A DNA stretch of 64,000 nucleotides from contig CAWHTE010000008.1 in the NCBI GenBank assembly GCA_963832165.1, forward strand, positions 70,250 through 134,249, read 5' to 3'. Of this stretch, positions 21,616 to 30,712 are shown in pieces. A program made the position numbers and the translations under genes. How positions within the stretch are numbered: the first letter of the stretch is position 1; each line of letters opens with the position of its first letter. The notes below the pieces were generated by a model, which saw nothing but the letters and a program-made list of their open reading frames with translations, was not told the origin of the DNA and made no database searches. Source of the stretch: an uncultured delta proteobacterium (lineage in GTDB: Bacteria; Myxococcota_A; UBA9160; SMWR01).

Positions 21616-22642
21616 CGCTCACTCCGAGACGCGTGCGCTGCAATTGCCGCAGCTGCTCGCCGTCGTCGCCGAACCACTGTGACGAGAGCAGCGCGCGGCG
21701 CAGGTATACGTGGACGAGGCAATCCCACGTGTTCCCCATGCCGCCGTGCACCTGTACCGCCGTCTCGCAGACGGTGCGCGCCGCGCGTGCGCAGTAGGCC
21801 TTGGCCACCCGCCCGGCGTCGCGCGCTTCGCCGGGCGCGAGATGGTCGACGGCCCACGACGCGTACAGCGCCGCGCTGAGCGATCCCTCCATGAGACAAC
21901 GCGCCTCGGCCAGCAGATGCTGCACGGCCTGGAACGAGCCGATCGCAACGCCGTACTGCCGGCGTTCGGTCGCGTAGGCCACGGTCGCGTCGATCACGCC
22001 TCTCATGAGACCGACGAGATCGGCGCTCGTGAGCGCGAGGCCCAGGGCGGCCCAGGAATCGAGATCCTCACGGGTGAGGATCCGACGCTGATCGCCGACG
22101 CCGAACACGGGCGTGCCGGACGCGATCGGGCGAATCGCGCGCGTGAGATCGGCGCCGTCGTTGGCCGTATCCACTCGCACCCGCGCGAGGCGATAGCCCC
22201 CGCCGTCGGGGACCAGCACGTAGGCATCGTGGCCGTCCGCGGCCGAGTCCACGGCGTAGATCGGCGTCGCCGTGAGCCCGCCCGGTACGACCGCGCAATC
22301 GATCAGGTCGGACGAGAATGCGACGACCGCACCTTCGGTCACGCTCGAGCCCGCGCGGCGGGCGAGATCGACCGCGAGGACCGGGCCCGCGAACGCGACG
22401 TCGGCCACGGCTCCCGCGAGCGCGTCCGCGATGATCGCCGCCTCCACTCCACCCGCGAGCGGCGCGCCGTCTCCTCCGTCGTCGCGAACTTCGAGCCAAC
22501 CGGCGTCGCGCACGGCCCCCGCGAGCGACTTGATCCGCGTCTCGTCGGTGAGATCGGCGACGGTTCGCGGTCCGAGCTCACCCGCGAGCTGGCGAGCCGT
22601 GCGCCGGAGTTCAGCCTGCTCGGGTGTGTCCCGGACGTCCAC
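21602..22642 (-). CDS. Acyl-CoA dehydrogenase partner subunit
   Basis: RRQYGVAIGSFQAVQH, QVHGGMG; overlaps the partner gene. Confidence 0.88.
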   Translation of the reverse strand: MDVRDTPEQAELRRTARQLAGELGPRTVADLTDETRIKSLAGAVRDAGWLEVRDDGGDGAPLAGGVEAAIIADALAGAVADVAFAGPVLAVDLARRAGSSVTEGAVVAFSSDLIDCAVVPGGLTATPIYAVDSAADGHDAYVLVPDGGGYRLARVRVDTANDGADLTRAIRPIASGTPVFGVGDQRRILTREDLDSWAALGLALTSADLVGLMRGVIDATVAYATERRQYGVAIGSFQAVQHLLAEARCLMEGSLSAALYASWAVDHLAPGEARDAGRVAKAYCARAARTVCETAVQVHGGMGNTWDCLVHVYLRRALLSSQWFGDDGEQLRQLQRTRLGVSDGLS

Positions 22643-22676
22643 GGGTCCTCGTCGCGCACGGGACGCCGTCCCGCGT

Positions 22677-22713
22677 GAGAATCATATTAGCGTAATTTGA
22701 GAAGACTGTTTGC
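22677..22713. promoter_or_regulatory. Tandem putative operator sites, 22-bp spacing
   Basis: GAGAATcatATTAGC at 22677 and GAGAAGactGTTTGC at 22699, in a divergent promoter. Confidence 0.55.
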
Positions 22714-22765
22714 ACGCGTCCGGCCCGGATCTTATCATCCGAATGACACCCCGCACCGGGTCCGA

Positions 22766-23776
22766 ATGCTGACCGACCACACATACCACGTTCTCTCCGT
22801 GGTCGACGTCGTCGACGAGACGCCCGACACGCGGTCGTTCGTGCTCGAGATCCCCGCCGCGCTCGAGGAGACGTTCCGCTACACCGCGGGCCAGTTCTGC
22901 ACGTTCCGCGCGGCGATCGACGGCGAGGCGATCGCGCGCTGCTACTCGATGTCGAGCTCGCCCGACGTGGGCGATCCGTTCACGACGACCGTGAAGCGCG
23001 TCTCCGACGGGCGGATGTCGAACTGGATGCTCGACGGGCTCGCTCGCGGGGACACGATCGAGGCGATGCGCCCGACCGGCCTGTTCGTGCTGCGCGAGAC
23101 CGATCTCCCGATCGTCGCCTTCGCGGGGGGCAGCGGGATCACGCCCGTAATGTCGATCCTCAAGAGCGCGCTCGCCACCACGACGCGCCGGATCGCGCTC
23201 GTGTATGCCAATCGCGGACCCGATTCGATCATCTTCGAGCGCGAGCTCGAGCGCCTGCGCGCCGCATCCGGTGGCCGGCTCTCGGTCCATCACCATCTCG
23301 ACTCGCAGCGCGGGTTCCTCGATCCCGCGGCCTGCGCGTCCCTGGTGCGCGACCCGAACGCCGACTTCTACATCTGTGGTCCGGGCGCCTACATGGACAC
23401 GGTCGAAGCCGGCCTGTCGACGCTGGGCGTGAGTGCGGACCAGCGCTTCATCGAGCGGTTCGACGTACCCACGAGCGCGCCCGCCGACGAGAAATCGCTC
23501 ACCGAGTCGGTCGTGGTCCGGATCGACCGCCGCAAGCACGTCCTGCGCTACCAGCCCGGAGATACCGTGCTCGAGTCAGCGCGACGCGCGGGCCTCTCCC
23601 CGCCCTACTCGTGCGAGTCGGGCAGCTGCGCCACGTGCATGGCGCGCCTCGACGCGGGTTCGGTGCGGATGCGCGTGAACAACGCGCTGTCGGCCGAGGA
23701 GGTCGATGCGGGATGGGTGCTCACCTGCCAGGCGATCCCCACGAGCCCGGAGGTGGTCGTCAACTACGACCCGTGA
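22766..23776 (+). CDS. FNR-type reductase with C-terminal [2Fe-2S] ferredoxin (KshB/PaaE-like)
   Basis: RCYS FAD motif, AGGSGITP, YICGP, CESGSCATC...LTCQ. Confidence 0.92.
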   Translation: MLTDHTYHVLSVVDVVDETPDTRSFVLEIPAALEETFRYTAGQFCTFRAAIDGEAIARCYSMSSSPDVGDPFTTTVKRVSDGRMSNWMLDGLARGDTIEAMRPTGLFVLRETDLPIVAFAGGSGITPVMSILKSALATTTRRIALVYANRGPDSIIFERELERLRAASGGRLSVHHHLDSQRGFLDPAACASLVRDPNADFYICGPGAYMDTVEAGLSTLGVSADQRFIERFDVPTSAPADEKSLTESVVVRIDRRKHVLRYQPGDTVLESARRAGLSPPYSCESGSCATCMARLDAGSVRMRVNNALSAEEVDAGWVLTCQAIPTSPEVVVNYDP

Positions 23777-24917
23777 TCGCGCTCCGCGCAGATCCGAGGA
23801 TCTCGTCGTCGTGCTCGTGCAGGCGCGGCGGTGCGCAGTAATCGGCGCGTGCGCCATCGAATCGCATCGGGCTGCCCATCACGTGCAGCGGCCCCTCCTC
23901 GGTCTCGATCGACGCGATCATGCCGCGCGAACGAACGAGCTCGCCGTCGAGCGCCTCCCCGAGCTCGCGCACGGCGCCGGCCGGGACGCCGAGCGGACGC
24001 AGGAGCTTCTCCCAATCCGCCGCCGAGGCCTCTTCGAGGCGCGCCGCAAGTGCGTCGAGCAGCTCCGCGCGGTGCTCGAAACGCGCGTGCATCGTGGCGA
24101 AGCGCGGGTCGTCGGCCCACTCGCGCCGATCGATCGCCGCACACAGACGCCGCCAGACTTCGTCGTGCGTGACGAACAGCGCGAGGTATCCCGATGCCGT
24201 CGCGAACAGCTGCGCGGGCACGTAGAAGATGTGCGCGCCGAGCGGCTGGCGCGTCGGCGCACCGCCGCCGTTCAGGTAGGCGGCCGCCTTGTAGTTGAGC
24301 TGCGCGAGCATCGAATCGAAGAGCGACACGTCGACCTGACCCCCCTTGCCCTCGAGCACCTTCGCGACGAGCCCGAGCGCCGCCATGATTCCCGCCGAGT
24401 TGTCGATCGCGGAGTAGCCCGCCAGCGTGGGAGGTCCGTCGGGCTCGCCCGTCAGCGCGGCCACGCCCGTGATCGCCTGGATCACGTAGTCGAACGCGGG
24501 CCACTCCGCGGCCGGGCCATCGAGCCCGTAGCCGGTCAGCGCCACGCATACGATCTTCGGGTTGAAGCGGCGCAGCGACTCGTATTCGAGCCCGAGCTTC
24601 CGGATCGTCGACGGCCGCAGGTTCACGAGCAGCGCATGCGCGGTCTTCGCGAGCGCACCGAGCTCGGCCTGACCCTGCGTCGTTGCGAGATCGATGTGCA
24701 CGCTGCGCTTGTTGCGGTTGATGCTCGCGAAATAGACGTTGTGCCCACCGACGTACTGCGACCCGACCTTGCGTGACAGATCGCCTTCGATCGGCTCGAT
24801 CTTGATCACGTCGGCGCCGAGGTCCGCCAGCAGCATTCCGCCGAACGGGCCCGCGAGGATGTGGCCGACCTCGAGCACGCGGATGCCCGCGAGCGGTCCC
24901 GAGCGAGTCGCGGTCAC
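23760..24917 (-). CDS. Family III CoA transferase
   Basis: GPLAGIRVLE, LADLGADVIKIE, NRNKRS, AFDYVIQA, SAID. Confidence 0.9.
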   Translation of the reverse strand: MTATRSGPLAGIRVLEVGHILAGPFGGMLLADLGADVIKIEPIEGDLSRKVGSQYVGGHNVYFASINRNKRSVHIDLATTQGQAELGALAKTAHALLVNLRPSTIRKLGLEYESLRRFNPKIVCVALTGYGLDGPAAEWPAFDYVIQAITGVAALTGEPDGPPTLAGYSAIDNSAGIMAALGLVAKVLEGKGGQVDVSLFDSMLAQLNYKAAAYLNGGGAPTRQPLGAHIFYVPAQLFATASGYLALFVTHDEVWRRLCAAIDRREWADDPRFATMHARFEHRAELLDALAARLEEASAADWEKLLRPLGVPAGAVRELGEALDGELVRSRGMIASIETEEGPLHVMGSPMRFDGARADYCAPPRLHEHDDEILGSARSAITGRS

Positions 24918-25360
24918 GACGGCGCATCCGTTCGGCGCCCGGCGTCGAGCAGCTCGACGAGCACCCCGTCCGGGTCGCGCACCGTCGCCGCCGCGGTTCC
25001 ATTCGAGAGGGACGTGCGGCGAACGTCGGTGGCGCCCAGCTCGAGCAGAGCCGGCAGCACGACCTCGAGATCCACGGCGAAGGCGAGCAGCACGCTCCCG
25101 GTCGCGGGCGGGCCCGGCGGCGGGCCGTCCGGAACCGGCTCCGCGAACGTGATCAGCTCTAACGCTCCAGCGTGCGGGCGCTTCGGATCGCCGAGGATCA
25201 CGGCTCGCAGCCGCTTGGACGGAGCCGCGACTCCGAGCAGTGTCGGCCAATCCCCGTCGAACTCGCGGTCGACCAGCACCTCGAAGCCCAGACCATCGCG
25301 GTAGAAGCGCGTGCTGCGCTCCGCATCGCGGACGAAAAGCGTGACGTGATGCAGTTGCAC
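24914..25360 (-). CDS. VOC/glyoxalase family protein
   Basis: LHHVTLFVRD..RSTRFYRDGLG, LELI, RDPDGVLVEL. Confidence 0.88.
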   Translation of the reverse strand: MQLHHVTLFVRDAERSTRFYRDGLGFEVLVDREFDGDWPTLLGVAAPSKRLRAVILGDPKRPHAGALELITFAEPVPDGPPPGPPATGSVLLAFAVDLEVVLPALLELGATDVRRTSLSNGTAAATVRDPDGVLVELLDAGRRTDAPS

Positions 25361-25380
25361 GGTCGCCCTCCGCTAGGCGC

Positions 25381-26331
25381 TCAGATCTCCGGACACAGTG
25401 AGGCGAGGAACGCCTCGGTGCGGCGGCGCGACTCGATCCGCCCGGCGCGGTCGCGCCCGAGCGGGAGGATCCGGACCGAAAGATCGGTGACACCCACGTC
25501 GCGGAACGAGCGCAGTCGCTCGACGATCGCCGACTCGTCGCCCGCCGCGAGGATGTCGCCTACGTCGGTGGCGTCTCCTTGTTCGAGCAGACGCTGATAG
25601 TTCGGCGAGAACTCGGCGTGCCCGAGCAGCTGATTCGCCCAGGCACGCGCATCGTCCACCTCGTCCTTGGAGCACAGGCAGACGGGCACTCCCGCGACGA
25701 TGCGCGGGGCGGGCCTTCCCGCCCCGTCTGCGGCCTTCGCGATGCGCGGAACGATGTGATCGCCGATCGCGCGCTCGTCGGCCATCCAGAGGATCGTGCC
25801 GGAGGTCAGCTCGCCCGCGACGCGCAGCATGACGGGCGCGAGCGCCGCGACGAGGATCGGCACGGGGAGATCGCTGACGTCGAGCGGATTGTGGACGCGA
25901 TACGCCTCGTTCTCGACGTCGACCGGGCCCGGCCCCGCGAACGCCGCGTTCAACACTTCGAGGTAGCTGCGCATCTGGCGCGCGGGCCGCTCGTAGGGCA
26001 GGCCGAGCATCGTCTCGACGATCCAGTGGTGCGACGCACCGAGCCCGAGCGTGAATCGACCTCCGCACACGGCCTGGTTCGACAGCGACTGCATCGCCAT
26101 GGCGACGGGGTGACGGGTCTGGATCGGGATCACCGCGGTCCCGATCTCGATGCGCGTCGTCGCCCGTCCCATCAGCGCGGCCGCGGTGAGCCCGTCGAAG
26201 TCGTTGGGCAGCTGCGGAACCCAGATCGATTGGAAGCCGGCGCGCTCGGCCGCCTCGGCATCCGCGACGAGCCGCGCGACCTTCTCGCGATATCGTCCCT
26301 TCTCGGGGCCGATCATCACACCGATGCGCAC
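25381..26331 (-). CDS. LLM-class (probably F420-dependent) oxidoreductase
   Basis: AEAAERAGFQSIW, IEIGTAVIP...HP, GRFTLGLG.SH, AALAPVMLRVAG. Confidence 0.88.
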   Translation of the reverse strand: MRIGVMIGPEKGRYREKVARLVADAEAAERAGFQSIWVPQLPNDFDGLTAAALMGRATTRIEIGTAVIPIQTRHPVAMAMQSLSNQAVCGGRFTLGLGASHHWIVETMLGLPYERPARQMRSYLEVLNAAFAGPGPVDVENEAYRVHNPLDVSDLPVPILVAALAPVMLRVAGELTSGTILWMADERAIGDHIVPRIAKAADGAGRPAPRIVAGVPVCLCSKDEVDDARAWANQLLGHAEFSPNYQRLLEQGDATDVGDILAAGDESAIVERLRSFRDVGVTDLSVRILPLGRDRAGRIESRRRTEAFLASLCPEI

Positions 26332-26381
26332 TGCGTCCCCTCTTCGAGCGAGTCGCCAGCCTAGCCGCGCCCGACCGCGGT

Positions 26382-26418
26382 GGCAATATGATTCTCGTTT
26401 AACGAGAATTGCCTTGAC
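26382..26418. promoter_or_regulatory. Tandem putative operator sites, 22-bp spacing, overlapping a TTGACA -35 element
   Basis: GGCAATatgATTCTC at 26382 and GAGAATtgcCTTGAC at 26404; TTGACA at 26414 with TAGACT 18 bp downstream. Confidence 0.6.
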
Positions 26419-26450
26419 ACTCTTTTTGGGCGCGCTCTAGACTGCGTTGC

Positions 26451-27081
26451 GTGACGGACGACGCCGCCACCGCCCGCCTCGCGCCGCTCCCCCAGGAGCG
26501 CTGGGGACGACGACGTGCGCGCTGCATTGCGCGGCGCCTTCCCCAAGGAAGTCGTCGACCGCTTCCTCTCGGCGGGGCCCGACGCCGTGCGCGTGCCCAA
26601 CGTCCTCTCGACGTTGATGCATCACCCTGCCCTGACCGGCCCGTTCCTCGTCTACAACCGCGTGCTGCTCGAGAAGCCTTCGCTCGGACATCGGCTGCGC
26701 GAGCTCATGGTGCTGCGCGTCGCGTGGCGCACGCGCTCGACCTACGAATGGGTCCAGCACTCGCACCCGCGCATGGCGGATCGATCTTCCGTGACCCGAG
26801 CGGACATCGAAGCCATCGCGGGCGGCACGCGCCAGGAATCGTGGACGCCGCTCGAGGCCGATCTGATCGCGGCCACCGATCAGCTGATCGACCACCACCG
26901 CATCGACCACGACACGTGGGCGCGGCTCGCGAAGCACCTCGACGACCGTCAGCTCCTCGAGGTCGTGTTCACCGTCGGCACCTACACCTGTCTCGCGATG
27001 GCGTTCAACAGCTTCGGGCTCCAGCTCGATCCCGAGCTGCACGCCGTCGAGACCATCCCGTTTCCCGCATCGGAGGACTAG
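26451..27081 (+). CDS. Carboxymuconolactone decarboxylase/AhpD-like protein; frameshift near 26505
   Basis: RLAPLPQERW then DDVRAAL..., LRELMVLRVAWR...YEWVQH, QLLEVVFTVGTY. Confidence 0.82.
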
Positions 27082-27083
27082 CC

Positions 27084-28358
27084 ATGCCTCGCGTCACCAA
27101 ACCGGCCGAGGGCAGCTGGACGCAGCACTATCCCGAGCTCGGGACAGAGCCCGTGTGCTACGAGGACTCGATCTCGCCCGAGATCCACGAGCTCGAGCGC
27201 GAAGCGATCTTCAAGCGCTCCTGGCTCAACGTCGGACGCGTCGAGCAGCTGCCCCGCAACGGGAGCTACTTCACCAAGGAGCTCGCCGTCGCGAAGACGT
27301 CGGTGATCGTGGTCCGCGACATGAAGGGGGAGGTGCGCGCCTTCCACAACATCTGTCGCCACCGCGGCAACAAGCTCGTGTGGAAGGACTACCCGCGCGA
27401 GGAGACGAGCGGAAACTGCCGTCAGTTCGTGTGCAAGTACCACGGCTGGCGATACGAGCTCGACGGCAGCTGCGCGTACGTGCAGCAGCAGAGCGAGTTC
27501 TTCGACCTCGAGAAGGCGGACTACGGACTGATGCCGGTGCACTGCGATGTGTGGTCGGGGTTCATCTTCGTGAACCTGGACCCGCAGCCGCGGCAGTCGC
27601 TCCTAGAATTCCTCGGACCGATGATCACCGCGATCGACGGCTACCCGTTCCACCTGCAGACGGAGCGCTTCCACTACCGCGCCGAGGTCGGCAGCAACTG
27701 GAAGCTCTTCATGGACGCGTTCCAGGAGTTCTATCACGCACCGATACTGCACGCGAAGCAATCGCCGGGTGCGGCGTTGACCGAGGTGCAGACGGCGGGC
27801 TACGAGGGGCTCCACTACCAGATCGACGGTCCCCATCGGCTCGTGACGTCGACGGCGGCCCGCTTCTGGGAGGCGCCGCCCAACCTGATCAAGCCGATGG
27901 AGATCGTGACCCGCGGAGGTCTCTCGGGACCCTGGGATCCGCCGGATCTGGGCCCGCTTCCGGCCGGACTCAATCCCGGCAAGAAGCGCCACTGGGGGCT
28001 CGACTCGTTCCAGATCTGGCCGAACTTCGTGATCCTGATCTGGGAGCGCGGCTGGTACCTCACGTACCATTACTGGCCGACCTCGCACAACACCCATGTG
28101 TTCGAGGGGAACCTCTACTTCGTGCCGGCTCGCAATGCGCGCGAGCGCCTCGCGCACGAGATGTCCGCGGTCACCTTCAAGGAGTACGCGCTGCAGGACG
28201 GCAACACGCTCGAGGCGACGCAGATCATGCTCGAGTCGCGCGTAGTCACGAGCTTCCCGCTGAACGATCAGGAGATCCTGTGTCGGCACCTGCACAAGGT
28301 GGCGGCCGACTGGGTCGACGATTACAAACGCGAGCGCGCGGAGGCGGCAACCCGATGA
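27084..28358 (+). CDS. Rieske non-heme iron oxygenase alpha subunit (copy 1)
   Basis: CRH...CKYH Rieske motif; NWK..DAFQEFYHAPILH and LQD mononuclear iron ligands. Confidence 0.93.
   Translation: MPRVTKPAEGSWTQHYPELGTEPVCYEDSISPEIHELEREAIFKRSWLNVGRVEQLPRNGSYFTKELAVAKTSVIVVRDMKGEVRAFHNICRHRGNKLVWKDYPREETSGNCRQFVCKYHGWRYELDGSCAYVQQQSEFFDLEKADYGLMPVHCDVWSGFIFVNLDPQPRQSLLEFLGPMITAIDGYPFHLQTERFHYRAEVGSNWKLFMDAFQEFYHAPILHAKQSPGAALTEVQTAGYEGLHYQIDGPHRLVTSTAARFWEAPPNLIKPMEIVTRGGLSGPWDPPDLGPLPAGLNPGKKRHWGLDSFQIWPNFVILIWERGWYLTYHYWPTSHNTHVFEGNLYFVPARNARERLAHEMSAVTFKEYALQDGNTLEATQIMLESRVVTSFPLNDQEILCRHLHKVAADWVDDYKRERAEAATR
27108..27625 (+). repeat. Paralogous segment shared with about 30737-31255 (5' halves of the two Rieske genes)
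   Basis: Near-identical runs such as agctggacgcagcactatcccgagctcgg, caccgcggcaacaagctcgtgtgg and gtgcaagtaccacggctggcg occur in both. Confidence 0.75.
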
Positions 28359-28690
28359 GCGACGCACTCCTGCCGAGCCAGTTCTCCGAGCTCGAGTCGT
28401 ACGCCGCGAAGTGGTGTCTGCCCACGGAGACCCAGCGCTTCGCAGAGCGCATGAAGAGCACGATGGCCCAGATGCAGGCGTTCTACGACGCGTTCCTGCC
28501 GCGCGCCGAAGAGGCGATCGTGTACTGCGAGAAGTTCCCGCTCGACGACATGCCCGAGGATGCCCAGCGCCTCCTGCATCTGCTCTACTCGCTGGTCATG
28601 GTGTCGTTCCCGGTCGAAGCGTGGCGGCAGCCGCACGTCCCCGACGCTGCCGCCGCCTATCTCGACCTCGTGATCGAGCCGATCCCGTGA
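28355..28690 (+). CDS. Small conserved helical protein following the Rieske alpha subunit (copy 1)
   Basis: 111 aa; ATGA overlap; WCLPTETQRF..MQAFYDA..FPLDD; paralog of 31972-32307. Confidence 0.85.
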   Translation: MSDALLPSQFSELESYAAKWCLPTETQRFAERMKSTMAQMQAFYDAFLPRAEEAIVYCEKFPLDDMPEDAQRLLHLLYSLVMVSFPVEAWRQPHVPDAAAAYLDLVIEPIP

Positions 28691-29925
28691 GCGCAGAAGC
28701 CGTCGTCCTGCGCGCGCAGCGCTGGGTCGACATCGATGCGGGTCTGGTGCGCTCTCCCGCCGTGATCGTCGTCGAAGGCGACCGCATCAGGGCCGTGAAC
28801 CCGGCCAAGCCGCCCGCGGGCGCGCGCGAGATCGATCTCGGCGACGTCACGCTGCTGCCCGGTCTCATGGACATGGAGATCAACATGCTGCTGGGCGGGC
28901 CCCATGGCGGGAACCCGCGCAGCGATGTCCAGGACGACCCCGCGTTCCGCACGTTGCGCGCCGTCGTCAATTGCCGGACCACCCTGCTCGCGGGCTTCAC
29001 GACCGTCCGCAACCTCGGACTGTTCGTGAAGACGGGCGGCTACCTGCTCGACGTCGCGCTCTCGCGCGCGGTCGACAACGGCTGGATCGACGGCCCGCGC
29101 ATCGTGCCGGCGGGACACGCGATCACGCCCACGGGCGGCCACCTCGACCCGACGATGTTCCAGCGCTTCGCTCCCGACGTCCTGCCGCTCCGAGTCGAGG
29201 AGGGAATCGCGAACGGCGTGCCCGAGGTGCGCAAGGCCGTCCGCTACCAGATCAAGTACGGCGCGCGCCTCATCAAGATATCGGCTTCGGGCGGCGTGAT
29301 GTCGCACAGCGGACTCGCTGGCGCTCAGCAGTACTCCGACGAGGAAATCGAGGCGATCGTCGACGAGGCGCATCGCGCCGGCATCAAGGTCGCGGCCCAC
29401 GCCCACGGCGACGCCGGCATCCGCGCGTGCATCCGCGCCGGAGTCGATTGCATCGAGCACGGTTCGCTCGCGAGCGACGAGACCATCCAGCTCATGCTCG
29501 AGCACGGCACGTTCCTCGTGCCGACGAGCTATCTCTCCGAAGGTTTGCAAGCGCATCTGGAGAAGGCCGATCCTGTGCTTCAGGCAAAGGCCGCGGAAGT
29601 GCTCCCGAAGGCGCGCGTGATGCTGGGCAAGGCGATCGCGGCAGGCGTGAAGATCGCGTGCGGCACTGATGCCCCTGCGATCCCGCACGGCCAGAACGCC
29701 AAAGAGCTGTGGGCGATGGTCGACCGCGGCATGACTCCGATGCAGGCGTTGCGAGCCGCCACGGTGATGAGCGCCGAGCTGATCAGCGTCGACGACCGCG
29801 GCCGGCTCGCGGCGGGCCTGCTCGCGGACATCATCGCGGTGCCGGGCGACCCGTCAGAAGACATCAAGACGACCCAGGACGTCCGCTTCGTGATGAAGGG
29901 CGGCCGCGTCTACAAGACACCCTGA
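28687..29925 (+). CDS. Metal-dependent amidohydrolase (Xaa-Pro dipeptidase-like) with DMEIN in place of the DxHxH motif
   Basis: LLPGLMDMEIN, AGFTTVRNLG, TGGH, IKI, AAHAHG, IEHG, GTDA. Confidence 0.88.
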   Translation: MSAEAVVLRAQRWVDIDAGLVRSPAVIVVEGDRIRAVNPAKPPAGAREIDLGDVTLLPGLMDMEINMLLGGPHGGNPRSDVQDDPAFRTLRAVVNCRTTLLAGFTTVRNLGLFVKTGGYLLDVALSRAVDNGWIDGPRIVPAGHAITPTGGHLDPTMFQRFAPDVLPLRVEEGIANGVPEVRKAVRYQIKYGARLIKISASGGVMSHSGLAGAQQYSDEEIEAIVDEAHRAGIKVAAHAHGDAGIRACIRAGVDCIEHGSLASDETIQLMLEHGTFLVPTSYLSEGLQAHLEKADPVLQAKAAEVLPKARVMLGKAIAAGVKIACGTDAPAIPHGQNAKELWAMVDRGMTPMQALRAATVMSAELISVDDRGRLAAGLLADIIAVPGDPSEDIKTTQDVRFVMKGGRVYKTP

Positions 29926-29943
29926 GCGGCGAAGGGGAACGGG

Positions 29944-30684
29944 ATGTCGCTCGAAGGAAAGGTGGCCGTCGTCACCGGCGGCGGGAGCGGAATCGGTCGC
30001 GCGATCGCGCTACAGCTCGCCCGAGACGGCGCCGGCGTATCCGTCTGGGATCTGAACCGCACAGCGGCCGACGAGACGGTCTCCGAGATCGCGCAGACGG
30101 GCGGCCGCGCGATCGCCTGCGCGATCGATGCATCCGCCGAAGATCAGATCGCCACCGCCCTGGGACGCACGCGCGCCGAGCTGGGTCCCGTGACCATCCT
30201 CGTCAACAACGCCGGCATCACGGGCTTTTGCGCGTTCAAGGACATCACCGTCGAAGTCTGGGAGCGCATGATCCACGTCAACCTGACGGGTCCGTTCCTG
30301 TGCACGCGAGCCGTGCTGCCGGACATGCTCGCCGCGGGCTGGGGTCGCATCGTGAACATCTCGTCCTCCTCGGCGCAGTCGGGCGCTCCTGCGATGGCGC
30401 ACTACGTGGCGTCGAAGGGCGGCGTGATCGGCTTCACCAAGGCGTTGGCGCTCGAACTCGCGGCCAAGGGGATCACGGTCAACAACATCCCGCCGGGCTT
30501 CGTGGACACCCCGATGCTGCGCGCATCGCCCGTGAACGTCGACGCCGCCGCAGCGGTGGCGCCGATGAAGCGGCCCGGCCGGCCCGAAGACATCGCGGCC
30601 GCCTGCTCCTATCTCGTGTCGGAGGCGGCAGGCTACGTCACGGGCCACACGCTCAGCGTCAACGGCGGGCGCTACCTCGGTTGA
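29944..30684 (+). CDS. SDR oxidoreductase
   Basis: TGGGSGIG, NNAG, YVASK; paralog of 54120-54866. Confidence 0.92.
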   Translation: MSLEGKVAVVTGGGSGIGRAIALQLARDGAGVSVWDLNRTAADETVSEIAQTGGRAIACAIDASAEDQIATALGRTRAELGPVTILVNNAGITGFCAFKDITVEVWERMIHVNLTGPFLCTRAVLPDMLAAGWGRIVNISSSSAQSGAPAMAHYVASKGGVIGFTKALALELAAKGITVNNIPPGFVDTPMLRASPVNVDAAAAVAPMKRPGRPEDIAAACSYLVSEAAGYVTGHTLSVNGGRYLG

Positions 30685-30712
30685 ACCGGCGGGCCGACAG
30701 CGGAGGACGACC

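Noticed and set aside
26451..28358. 635-aa extended Rieske protein
   Set aside because: The N-terminal part belongs to the frameshifted CMD gene; the Rieske gene starts at 27084 after a GGAGG RBS.
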